Source: Rebecca billardiae RCC1528
Taxonomy: Eukaryota; Protista; Haptophyta
DNA length: 64,000 nucleotides
Direction of reading: 5' to 3'
NCBI GenBank assembly: GCA_965240325.2
Contig: OZ251223.1
Location: forward strand, 4,402,001-4,466,000
The notes beneath the pieces were generated by a model, which ran no database searches, was not told the DNA's origin, and saw only the letters and a list, made by a program, of their open reading frames with translations. The translations under genes and the position numbers were made by a program. Positions 1 through 11,485 of this stretch are shown piece by piece (within the stretch, counting starts at the first letter, position 1; every line of letters begins with the position of its first letter).

Positions 1-124
<124 letters not shown>

Positions 125-154
125 CCGCGTGCCCCAGGCCGAGGCGATATATAT

Positions 155-463
<309 letters not shown>

Positions 464-2305
464 TGCCCTGGCGGGCGGGGGGGTCGGCGGGCCGTGCCAG
501 TGCTGTCGCAATGTATCCTTTGCGGGTTCGCGTCTTTCCACATTCGCTCGTGGCCGTGGGTGACGGACAGTCGAGTGCAAGGACCAGTGACACGTGAAGT
601 TGGCTCCCCGACGTGATGTACACACGTTTCACGGTCTGTACTCTTAGCGTATTGTATGCGCATCAGCGAGGCCCACACCCACGAGGGAATGTGCAGCACG
701 CGGGGCGGGGCGGGTAGCCCGTTGCTCCGCGCGAGCGCGGGTACGCGCTGTATGTGCCGCAAATCGACCGCGATGGCGTAATCGAGCGCCTCGCCGCCGT
801 GGGCTCGGCGCAGGTCGCGTTGACGTCGTACACGGCCACCACGCTGAGCACGCGCGCGTTGACGTTCACGCGGTCGTCGCTCTTCGCATCTTCGACAGGT
901 CTGGCGCCCGCGTGCTCGGCGGCACGAGGAGCTGTTGGTTGTGCGCGCGCGCGCGCACAGCGACAGCGTGTGCACTCGCGATCGAGAGTGGGCAAGCGCT
1001 GCTCACGCGAGCACACGAATCGCAGCGCATCCGTCACCGGCGTGACGACTTCCGCCTCGTCCCGCAGCGCCTGCGCCATGGACGAGGCCATGGCGCGGCG
1101 ATGTTGCATGCTCGACGTTTCATCTCTCTGCGGATGGCATCACGGGCTTGTCTGTGTCGCGCTGCGGCGAGGGTCGCCAACTCGCGATGACGCGGTTGCT
1201 GCCACGGCGACAGACCCGGGAGGTGCGTCCGCTGCGCGTCGTACGCCGTTGGCGCTGCGCTTCCGTCGCATTGGTCACCGTCGACGCCATGCAGGCCGGA
1301 CGTGGGCTTCGAGGGACCGCGAGCGACGACTGAGTACGGTGCGCGGATTCCGGCGATCGAGTTCAGAAGGCCGCGCCAAATCTTGCCTCGCGTGCGATGG
1401 CGCTTCGAACCCGCCCGCGAGACACCTCGTGATGAATGCGTTTCCGCACCGAGCCCGACGCGCGGCGGTGGATCGTGCGAGGCGGCCATCGTGCGCAGCG
1501 CATGATGTTATGGCCGGTGCGAGCTTTCGACGTGCACGTCGGGCGAGGATCGCCCCAGGTCGCACGATCGTGTCGACGCGCCGAGCGTACCGCTCCAAAC
1601 GTGTCGATTTAGCCCCCGTTCGACCTGCACGCGAGACGACGAGGGCAGCAATCGCGAATCGGGCGAAAACTCCCCTCGGGAGTCCTCTCGCGATGTCCGC
1701 GCCGGCGTTGGATTTGGCGCGCGCCGCCCATGCGCTCCGCGCCATCCGTCTGTTGTTTTCGGCCGAGCGTCCCCAGTGGGAGCTGTGAGGGCGCCCGGTA
1801 GTGAGCGAAGCGATTTTCTTTTCTTGGCGAGGCGATTTTATTTTCTTTTCTTGTTATTCTTATCTTTTTCCCGGGCACTACAAGGGGCGGACCTACGGCC
1901 CGCCATATATACATATATATATATATATGATGACGATGCTGATGATGACGATCGGCCTGCGCCCGATGAAGCCTCTGGACGGCTGGTAGTGGTGACGGTA
2001 GCCTACCGTAGTCTTATAGTATACTGCTTACAAAAATATAAGTGCTGCGCTATACGACCAGCATATATATATATTATTGCTCTCTCTCTATATATATGAC
2101 CGCGTTCCGCGGTCCTTTTTCCGTAGAACGAACGTAGTTCAGGGCCCGCGGTGGCGGTGCACCCTCCGTCGCAGTCGTCTATTGACAGACCAGTTGCATA
2201 TGCCCGTACAACTAGACTCCATCAGCGGCGCGCCGCCGCCCGCCGCGCCGGGCGGGCCCATTGCAGCCGCCGGCGCGGCGCCGATTGTGTACAGGCGGAT
2301 GCGAC

Positions 2306-2608
2306 GAGGCGTGATCGACGCATGAGCGCGACTCCACGTGCACACCAGGCCACGCGGAGCTGACAGCCAGGGAGCACGGTGCGGGGCCGCGGATTCGTTC
2401 GGGCCGCTGCTGCTGACCGCTGTCCCCGGGGTCACCCCCCGCGCCGGCAGCGCCCGGGAGTAGGGCTGGAGGAGTAGGGTCCGAGTAGGGTTCGACCAGC
2501 GCCTGCGCGACGGCCGACAGGCGGGCGCGAGGCGTGATCTTCGCATGAGCGCAACTCTACGTGCACGCCAGGCCACGCGGAGCTGACAGCCCGAGGGAGC
2601 ACGGTGCC
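2306..2608 (+). repeat. Imperfect ~75-bp direct repeat pair (2306-2380 and 2529-2608)
   Basis: Both copies read gaggcgtgatc..gcatgagcgc.actc.acgtgcac.ccaggccacgcggagctgacagcc..gggagcacggtgc. Confidence 0.8.
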
Positions 2609-3967
2609 GAGGTGCGAGGGCACCGGTGATCCGGTTCGCGCACTCGCCGCGCGTGCACGGGCAGCTGACACACCTCGATCAGGCTCGGCACGCGTTGCAG
2701 AGGCACGGCCAGCTCTGGGGACGTCACGCACCACCGTCGCCCGCGCAGCTCGTCCTCCTCGTAGAGTACCGTTCAGTTCCGAGGCGTAGCCCTCGCTCAG
2801 AGTCGACCGACGATGGACTCGGATCGTCGGCGCGCCTGCTCTCTCTCAATCAAGAGGAGTTCTGGGAGACCCCGGAAAGGCATGGCAAGGGCGGCGCGTG
2901 GTGAAGTCGAAGGCTCAGAGATCGATCAGTCCGGCATCAGGCGCCGCTGCCCCCGAGCTTGCGAGAGCCCGAACACAGGGCGGCGGCTGCGGCGCCGGCT
3001 CGCGGACAGGCGCCGGGGCCGCGCAAGGCCGCGCCGAGGCATCGACAGGGCGGCAGGGGCGGCGGGGGCGCGCGGAGTGAGCGGGGGCACGACGAACGCG
3101 ATGTCGACGGCAGTCGGGACCCGCCGCAGCCGCGCGCTCCAGGCGCCATTCGCCGCGCGCACCTGCCCATCGCCGTCCTCACCCGTCGGTCCTCGAGCCT
3201 CGTGCCCGTGGCTCGCCTCCAAACGCGGGCCGCCTCTGGTGGGCCGCCGGGCCACGCGCGCGCCCAACCAAGTCCGTTCGCGTCAGATAGTATTGAGATT
3301 CGCCGAGGTTGGCCCATCGGCTACTGACCCTTGCCTCGTCGGCTCCTGATACAGACACGGCGCGATTGAATAGTTGATTCAACTGATTCAAGGGACGTAC
3401 ATGGTCACATCGGTTCGCGGCAATCTGTATCTAGATACGTCATCGCTCCTTGGACCTTGCTGCAATCTCATTGGCCGAAAAAATCGCTTGTAACGGTTCG
3501 TTACGTTAGGGATCCTAAAGGGCGTGAAGTTTTTTGGACGGGCGTCACTCCACGCTTTACTATGAACTTGCCGTGGGCGCGACCTTTTTCGGCCGTGATG
3601 CATCGCTGCATCGGTTAGAGAGGGTCTCAACATTCGAAACTCGGTCTCCTCCAGCCATGAAAATCGTCCCCCGTCCCTTTTTTCTTGATCAAAGATCTTT
3701 TTGAAACGTTGTTCGGGCCCGCTGGTGCGGGCTCCACGCTGCGCGCTCCGCCCTGCACCGCGGGCCAGAAGCGCACGCGTGACGAGGACTGATGAGAGTG
3801 ATGAGGCGAGACGAATGGCGGCCGGCGGCAGAGTCGAAGAGCTGCGCGCGCGCGCCGCGTGCGCGTCGCCCACTGGCGGATACATAGCAGCCGCCTGCTG
3901 CCCTGCTGCGCATCATGGCTGCGTGCGGATGCACGCCGCAGCCCTGCTGCTAACCTCCGACTGCCGG

Positions 3968-5347
3968 TCACGTGGCGAAGGCCGCGGCGGTGCGTGCGGC
4001 GCGCTCGGCGGGCTGCTGCTCGTGGAACCAGCCTGAGCAGGCGAGCCGCTCGCGCCCGCGCGTGGGCAGCACCTCGTGCGGCAGCGCGACCGAGTCGAAG
4101 AGCACGAGCGTGCCCGCGGCGGGCGGCACGTCGACCACCCGCTCGCCCGGCGGCGCGAAGAGCGACTGCACAGGCAGCCCCGCCTGCGCGGCCGCGCGCG
4201 GGCTGGGCTGCGCGAGCACGCTGAAGCGCGCGCCGAGCTCGCGCGAGCGCATCAGCAGCTGGCGCACGAAGAAGTCGCCGCCGAGCACGTACAGCACGGG
4301 GTGCGCGTGGAAGTCGTCCGAGATGTACTCGCGCGCGCCCTCGCCCTCGGCGCCCTTGCCGCCGCCCCCGAGCGTGTAGAGCGCGCACGTGCCCGCGGGC
4401 CGCGCGTCGTCGAGGAAGACTGGGCGCTCGAGCGGGTCTGCGGCGCACGCGCGGAGCCAGCCCACCTGCAGGTCGCCCGCCGGCGCGGCGCCCACGCCGG
4501 CGGCGGGCGGCGCCGCGCGCTCGTACACGCGCAGCTCCCCGCCCGACTGCGCCGCGTCCCAGCCCTCGTTCAGGTAGAGCAGCCACGAGACAGAGCGGCG
4601 GCTGGGCGCCCTGCGGCCGCGCCGCCCCTTGAGCGCCTCGTGGTGCTCGTCCGTGTGGCGCGCGAGGGAGGCGCCCGGGCCGTACCGCGTGTAGCTCGCC
4701 TCGTGCGTGTGCGCGCGCGCGGCCGCGAGGCTCGGCCGCTCGAGGCCGCGCGCGAGCGCGCGCCGGAGCGCGTCCATCCGCGCGCCGAGGCGCGCGCGCG
4801 TGCGCGCGTCGCCGAGCGACGGGTCGACAAAGGGGCCGTCGGCGTCGGTGGAGGGGAAGTAGGCCGGGAGCACCGTGCGGTCGCGCGACGCGTCGAACTG
4901 CGCGGCGCCGCCCGACCCCGACTTCGCCGCGCCGTACGCCGCGAGCGCGTCCGCGCGGAAGAGGCCGCGCGCGCGCAGCGCCGCGGCGTCGGCGCGCAGC
5001 GCGCGCACGTCCTCCTCGGGGAGCCAGCCGGGGAGCACGGCGACGCGGCCGGCGCGGATGGATTCAATCGCCGCGCTCGGAAGCAGCACGTCGGCCGGCA
5101 CGGCGCGCGGCGCGAGCAGGCGCGGCGCGAGCAGCAGCCCGCCGCCGCCGCCCAGCACGCCCGCGAGCGCGTCGCGTCGGCCGAGCGCGCCGCCGGCGGA
5201 CGGGGCTGGCGCAGCGGCGCGCGCCGCATCCGCCAGCAGCAGTGGACCGAGCAGACGCGCGAGCCGGGCCCGCGGCAGCGACGCCGCGAACGCCGCGCGA
5301 GCGTGCGGGCGCGAGCGACACGCCACGGGCGCTCGCGGAATCGTCAT
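3968..5347 (-). CDS. 2OG-Fe(II) oxygenase (prolyl-4-hydroxylase/EGLN-like), probably organelle-targeted
   Basis: Motifs YTRYGPGASLARHTD (HxD), SVSWLLYLNEGW...GGELRVY and VPPAAGTLVLFDS..LPHEVLPT..RERLACSGWF (distal His, 2OG-binding Arg). First ATG at 5347; single exon. Confidence 0.88.
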   Translation of the reverse strand: MTIPRAPVACRSRPHARAAFAASLPRARLARLLGPLLLADAARAAAPAPSAGGALGRRDALAGVLGGGGGLLLAPRLLAPRAVPADVLLPSAAIESIRAGRVAVLPGWLPEEDVRALRADAAALRARGLFRADALAAYGAAKSGSGGAAQFDASRDRTVLPAYFPSTDADGPFVDPSLGDARTRARLGARMDALRRALARGLERPSLAAARAHTHEASYTRYGPGASLARHTDEHHEALKGRRGRRAPSRRSVSWLLYLNEGWDAAQSGGELRVYERAAPPAAGVGAAPAGDLQVGWLRACAADPLERPVFLDDARPAGTCALYTLGGGGKGAEGEGAREYISDDFHAHPVLYVLGGDFFVRQLLMRSRELGARFSVLAQPSPRAAAQAGLPVQSLFAPPGERVVDVPPAAGTLVLFDSVALPHEVLPTRGRERLACSGWFHEQQPAERAARTAAAFAT

Positions 5348-5408
5348 TCGGCGGCTGGAGTGCGCGCGCTCTCGGGCGCTTGTCGTTAAATCATAGAATG
5401 AGTACAGG

Positions 5409-8113
5409 TTCAGCCGAGAGAGGTGGCATTGCCACCTCTCGCGCGAGTTGGGGAAACGTTGAGTTCCCGAGTTTTTACACGGGGCGGCAATTTCTGGCGC
5501 GCGCAATCTTCCGATTTTAAGGCGGTGGGTGGCGCCGCCGCCGTCGCGCTCTCGACGCGCGCGAGCTGCGCGCGCGCGGCGGCGGTTTTGGCCGCGCGGC
5601 ACTGGGCCGGCTGGGTCCGCACGGCCGAGGAGGCCACTCTTGCCGCGGTGGTCGTGGCGCGGGGACGTCCCCGCCGCTCGCCAACCTCCCGCGAGCGCCT
5701 CGCGCCGCCTCGCGCCGCCTTCACGCCATCTCCGCGCGCCAACTGCACGCTCTGGACGCCTCGGCGGCAGAGCCGCGCGCGGCGCGGTTGTGTGCCGTGT
5801 AGACTGGGCCCATGCGCGTCCGCTGTCGGTGCGCCCCGGCCACGCGCGCGCGCAGCCCAGACCTCTCGCCTCACGCGTCGCCGCCGAGCACGGCTGTGCA
5901 CCTCAGTCTGCCGTGGTGCCGCGCGCGCGGCCGAGCGAGCAGGCGACGCGTTGTGGAGCGTGTGACGCACGAGACGGGAAGGCGTCCGAGCGTCGGAGCC
6001 ACCGCTGACCGGCGGCGCGCACGCGATCGGCTTGAGCCATCGGCGCCGACGGCGCGCGCGCGCTGAGCCAGCTGAAGGCTTGTGCGCCATGGCACGGCAG
6101 CCGCCAATCGCGGCCTGCGGCCGTACTGTGCGGCAGGCGCGCTCGGTGCGGGCGCTTCGGGGCGTGGCCTCACGAGACCGGAGCCCCTGGAAGCGCGACG
6201 CCTATGAGCTCGCCCCGGCCTGAGTGAGCGCGCATCTGTCAGTGATCGGCACACGCAGCAGCACGGGGTGGCCGTCGTCATGAGCTCCGCGCTGAGCGCT
6301 CCCACGCTGGGTGTCGACCAGGCACAAAGAACAAGCGAGCATGCGCACTTTTGAAGTTCTCACCTGCATGGTGCGGCGCTAGGCGTGCACGGTCATGCTG
6401 GCGCATGCGAGACCATTCAGCAGGGCTGTGTGCGATGGCCGGCGGCGCAGGCGCCACGCGTGCGTGTGCGCTGTCTCCGTACCGGCGGAAGGCTGGGATA
6501 CCAGTATCCCACCCTTCACCTACGCTGACACCTTGAAAAGCTCGTGTCAGCCAGAAACGCGAGCTTCGAGCGCCGCGCGGCCAGGTAGCACGACCCACTA
6601 TTCAGCCCATGTAGTCGGATGACCTGAGCAGCAGTTGGCATCATCGCGCGTGGGCGCGCGCACACGCCACCTCGGGCCAACGTGAGAGTGCGTCGGGCGG
6701 GCGCGTGTGCGCACGAATCGAGTGTCAGCAGCAGCGCTCGCTCGCGCTCACCGAGGAGACATACTTGCTCGCTGGTCGTCTGGGTCAGCAGGCTACCAGC
6801 CGTGGTAGACGTTGCAGCAGATGGGATGGAAGGAGATACAGTCTCAAACTTCCTGGTAAGCAGTCGGTCTGCGCAGACGCGGCTGCTCCCGGCGCACAAG
6901 GACCGTGCGCCGTGAGAGAGAGAGCTGCCGTGGCGCGCCCACCTCGGAGTCAGCGGACCAGCAGCACTGCAACCATGGAACTGTGCGGTTCAACTGGAGG
7001 GTTACGACTTCTGACTGGTATAGTCACTCTCTCTGTCAATGGAAGCACGTGGCTGGCATCGGACAGACGCTCAGATGAAACGCGTTGAGGCAGGTGCGCG
7101 GCAGCATGCGAGTGCTCGCGTGCGTGCGCGCAAGAGCACACGGGCCAAGGTAAGTGCCGGGGGTCATACATCTACTCTTCACGCGGCGCCGTGCGGTGTG
7201 TCGTGGCGCGCTCAGCGCGGCCGTGTCAAGGCCATGGCTCATGACGACGGCCACCCCGTGCTGCTGCGTGTGCCGATCACTGACAGATGCGCGCTCACTC
7301 AGGCCGGGGCGAGCTCATATGCGTCGCGCTTCCAGGGGCTCCGGTCTCGTGAGGCCACGCCCCGAAGCACCCGCACCGAGCGCGCCTGCCGCACAGTACG
7401 GCCGCAGGCCGCGATTGGCGGCTGCCGTGCCATGGCGCACAAGCCTTCAGCTGGCTCAGCGCGCGCGCGCCGTCGGCGCCGATGGCTCAAGCCGATCGCG
7501 TGCGCGCCGCCGGTCAGCGGTGGCTCCGACGCTCGGACGCCTTCCCGTCCCGTGCGTCACACGCTCCACAACGCGTCGCCTGCTCGCTCGGCCGCGCGCG
7601 CGGCACCACGGCAGACTGAGGTGCACAGCCGTGCTCGGCGGCGACGCGTGAGGCGAGAGGTCTGGGCTGCGCGCGCGCGTGGCCGGGGCGCACCGACAGC
7701 GGACGCGCATGGGCCCAGTCTACACGGCACACAACCGCGCCGCGCGCGGCTCTGCCGCCGAGGCGTCCAGAGCGTGCAGTTGGCGCGCGGAGATGGCGTG
7801 AAGGCGGCGCGAGGCGGCGCGAGGCGCTCGCGGGAGGTTGGCGAGCGGCGGGGACGTCCCCGCGCCACGACCACCGCGGCAAGAGTGGCCTCCTCGGCCG
7901 TGCGGACCCAGCCGGCCCAGTGCCGCGCGGCCAAAACCGCCGCCGCGCGCGCGCAGCTCGCGCGCGTCGAGAGCGCGACGGCGGCGGCGCCACCCACCGC
8001 CTTAAAATCGGAAGATTGCGCGCGCCAGAAATTGCCGCCCCGTGTAAAAACTCGGGAACTCAACGTTTCCCCAACTCGCGCGAGAGGTGGCAATGCCACC
8101 TCTCTCGGCTGAA
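5409..8113. mobile_element. Fold-back element with ~890-bp terminal inverted repeats (5409-~6299 / ~7207-8113) and ~900-bp spacer
   Basis: The arms are reverse complements: ORF 5410-6090(-) is repeated at the end of ORF 7039-8112(+). I saw only 3 substitutions plus a ~15-nt indel near the inner end. GG flanks both sides. No transposase recognised. Confidence 0.85.
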
Positions 8114-8882
8114 GGTGGATACGGGTGATCTGGACAGTGGCCGACCCAACTCACGCGGAGGCCTCCCTTGGAGCATTGGGGTCGAAGGGGCGCCAGGGAC
8201 GGACTTCAGGGGGTCCCTGGAGTTCCGCCGCAGCGCGCTTTCTGCGCTGCGGGCCCGTCTCCGCGCGTGGCGGCCGCAATGGCACTGTCCAATTAGCCCC
8301 TGGCACTGGCTGAGGCATGGGAATCGAGCTCAGAGACGCGCGCGCGGAGGAAAAGCGTGTGCAGCGGCTCGGACGGTTGCTCTTGGACCTACCCACGCCA
8401 GCGCAACCGCGCCTTGCCTCGGAGTCCGCCCTTCCTGAGTCCGCGCACACGCCTTGCGGCTTGAAACGCTGGCGTTCGCCCTTGTGCGCGGGACTCACGA
8501 AACAAGGCGAAGGCGGCGAGAAGCGCGACCTGGCGCGTGCGCAGACGACGTCTCACGACCAGGTGAGTTCAGCGAACATCGTGCGCCGTCGTGGCGACCC
8601 GCCAGTGGGCGCTCGTGCTCGTTCGCCCACGAGCCCTCGCCACGAGGCCCGCCGCCCGCTGAGTGTCCAGATAGCCCCTGTGTCCAGTTAGCCCGTATCC
8701 ACCTGTAGATCAGTCCGTTGCGTCGTCCTCTGGGCTCGCCGTTGCTCTTTTCTGCCGCCTTTTCGTGATGAATCTGCGCGAATAGACCACAAAAGACAGC
8801 CTTGCCGTTGACGCTGAACTTCCGGTGAACTTCGTTCGTGACTTCGTGCGGTGAGCGGTCGTGCCGCCGTCGTGCGAGCTCA

Positions 8883-9533
8883 ATGGCAGATGTTGTGTCC
8901 ATGAAGGACGGCGGGGGGGAGAAGGAGTGCACGTGGCGGCACCAAACACTCTGGTGGGCAGGTGTGCTCGGCCTTCTCTGCTTTGTGACAGGCTGCATAC
9001 TGCTGCCCATCGGCGGACCCATGCTCGGCAGCGGCGCCGGCGCCGACCCAGCGGCCGATTTTGAAGAGCTCGGCCGCGCGTGCACGCTGACCGAGGTCAA
9101 GCACGTCCCGCGCGAGGGGCAGGAGGGGGGCGGAAAGAACCAGGCGCCGAAGACGGTATGCTATGACGCGTACTTCTACACCTTCACGTACGAGGGCCGC
9201 GCGTACGACGAGCGCAATCACGAGCGCAAGCGGTGCGATCGCCCATGCGGCGACTGCGGTGCTGCACTCGATCCAGACTTTGTGGAAGGAGAGGTGGTAG
9301 AGTGCTGGCGCGCCACAGCGCCGGTGAACCAGCGGGCGTACAAGTGCGGCAACCCGGGATGCTACAAGATTTACGAGCCTGCTGCCGAGCTCGCGGGCAC
9401 CATGCAGGTCGCGATCAGCCTGCTGGTCTCGGGCGCGGTGCTGCTCGTGTTTGGCGTGGGGTGTGTTGGCCTCGCGTACCACATGTATGTGCAGCTGCGT
9501 ACGGCGGGATACACGAAGCCTTGCTCGTGCTGA
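8883..9533 (+). CDS. Two-TM membrane protein with Cys-rich loop (216 aa)
   Basis: TM1 LWWAGVLGLLCFVTGCILLPIGG and TM2 VAISLLVSGAVLLVFGVGCVGLAY, with 8 Cys in the intervening loop. GC3-rich codons. Confidence 0.8.
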   Translation: MADVVSMKDGGGEKECTWRHQTLWWAGVLGLLCFVTGCILLPIGGPMLGSGAGADPAADFEELGRACTLTEVKHVPREGQEGGGKNQAPKTVCYDAYFYTFTYEGRAYDERNHERKRCDRPCGDCGAALDPDFVEGEVVECWRATAPVNQRAYKCGNPGCYKIYEPAAELAGTMQVAISLLVSGAVLLVFGVGCVGLAYHMYVQLRTAGYTKPCSC

Positions 9534-9566
9534 TCGTGCGCACAGGGACCACGATGCTGCTCGCTA

Positions 9567-10027
9567 CAGGCAATCGCGGGCAATAAGGAGCTGTCACTGT
9601 CAATAAGAAACTGGGGCTTGCTATCATTATCATCAATGCGGATCTGGCCTAGAAACTGCTAAGACTAGCGATTGGCTGGTTCGCTATACGCATAGTCACA
9701 CTAAGAAACCGGGACTACGTCGTCGCGGCTCAGACGCGAGTGGTCCGCCGAGGCGCAGTGCCCGTGTGGCGTGTCGGGGCCACGCAGCGCGCGGCCCGAC
9801 CGTACGAGTAGCTAGTGACACTCACCGCGTAGCCGCGTGGGCCGGCCGCAACTGAGTCCCCGCGGACTTCTCCGACCGTCCTGATGAGTAGTAGCTAGTG
9901 ATGACTGACTCGTCCTGGCCAGTGGCAGTGCGCACCGCCGCAGCATCCGTGCAACATCATGATGCCGCCAGATTTCAGCTCATCCAAAATATGGCCCAAT
10001 TGTTTTCTTCGGCTCGCCGGCCGGGCC
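9567..10027 (-). mobile_element. Degenerate one-ended copy of the TA-flanked MITE at 36735-45903 (opposite orientation)
   Basis: Starts TA|CAGGCAATCGCGGGCAATAAGGAGCTGTCAC, the reverse complement of 45873-45903, then aligns to the reverse complement of 37220-36908 with many small insertions. Confidence 0.85.
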
Positions 10028-10090
10028 AAAATATGATCTAGTATTCTTCTTCTTCTTATTATTATATATAGTATAAACGCTGCGTATATA

Positions 10091-10296
10091 TGTAGGGGGT
10101 CGCTCGGCCGCGGCGGCATCTGCCGTCGCCGCCGCGTGCCCCAGGCCGAGGCCGGTGCTCCATCCCGGCCCCGCTCCCGTAGGGGGGCAGGGCTGCGGGT
10201 GGCGCACTGTCTGACCTGGACGGAAGGCGCGGACGCATTCTATGTGTCTGTTGCACTCTGAGCCTGACGCTTGTCCGATGCTGCCACGTCGTCAAA
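10091..10296 (+). repeat. Longer copy of the (TA)n-associated short repeat
   Basis: 10128-10296 matches 155-321. Flanked by tatata upstream and tatatatatat downstream. The 5' boundary is inferred from the TA flank. Confidence 0.75.
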
Positions 10297-11485
10297 TATA
10301 TATATATCATTATATATGTGGTGGGTGGGTGAGTTAGAGTCGGCCACTCGAGCGACTTCGTGTCTGGCGAGGCAGATCGCGCCAGTGCGTGGCGCGAGGC
10401 AGATCGACGCTCGCCTGCCTCGGGAGCCGCTTAAGCGAGGGCAGCTAACTAAGCTAGTAAAGCCGCAGCCGCGAACTTCACGAAAGCCAAATAAATGTCT
10501 GCCGGGCGGCCCGCCGCCCGTTCTTGCGCACGGTGACAAGGGCGCGCGAGGGCGCTTCCTCACTATCTCGAAGACGGAAGAGCGCTGCGCGCGGCGTCGC
10601 GTTGGCGGCGGCAGCGGCGCTGCAGCCGGGTGCATCTTGCCCATTCTGCGTGGCGGCGTGCGCTCATCATTACCGGCCTCGGCCGCCACCATGCATGCCA
10701 TGCGCAGCGACCGGGCGTGTCGCCTTCTGGCTTCTTGACGGGCAGTGCACACGCCCTTGCAAGCGCACAGCCGTGACTAAGCAGTAAGTGAGTCATTCCG
10801 GGCGTGACACTAGCTGACTAGAGCCGAGCCACTTAATCGGGGCCCGGGCCGCATATTTCAGATCTCTCATCTAGGCCGTCAATCAGTGCCCATCTCGACG
10901 CGCCGACGTGACCGATCAGTGGGCGCGCACGCAACTGCACTAAGCGGTCATTGCCGCCAGTCCGCTCCGGCGCTGTTATTCGGAATCCTGACGAGGCTCG
11001 CTGGTGACTAGTCACTACGCGGGCCGCGGCCGATGGCCCGACTGTGGCTATGCGGATTCTCACTCTCGGGATTGCGCGCCATCTTAGCAGATGGCCCAGC
11101 GCCGGCGACTCACGCCGCGCACGGGCGAGCGCGCTTGCAGCAGTTGCCCATGTATGTCCCGACGTGCCTAGCTCGAGAGCGCCTCGAAACTCGCCCTGCT
11201 GCATGCGGGCCATTCGCGCAGCCTCCGGAGCGCGCGGCCGCCGCAGCCGGCCCCGGCGGCCCCGGGCGGGCCGAGTGCCGGGCCGGGCGTAATGCAACAG
11301 GCCTGCGCGGCGGAGAGAGGCGAGTGTGCGGGGCGAGAAGGGGCGGGGACGATCCCCTGTGCCTCCCGGTGCCATCCGGCCTGCGCGCGCGTGCGTGCGC
11401 TGAGGGCCGCGCGTCAGCCTGCGCGGCGCGCGTGGTGCGGGACCGCGACGTTGACGCTCTCAGAATTCCTAAATGCGTGAGTACT

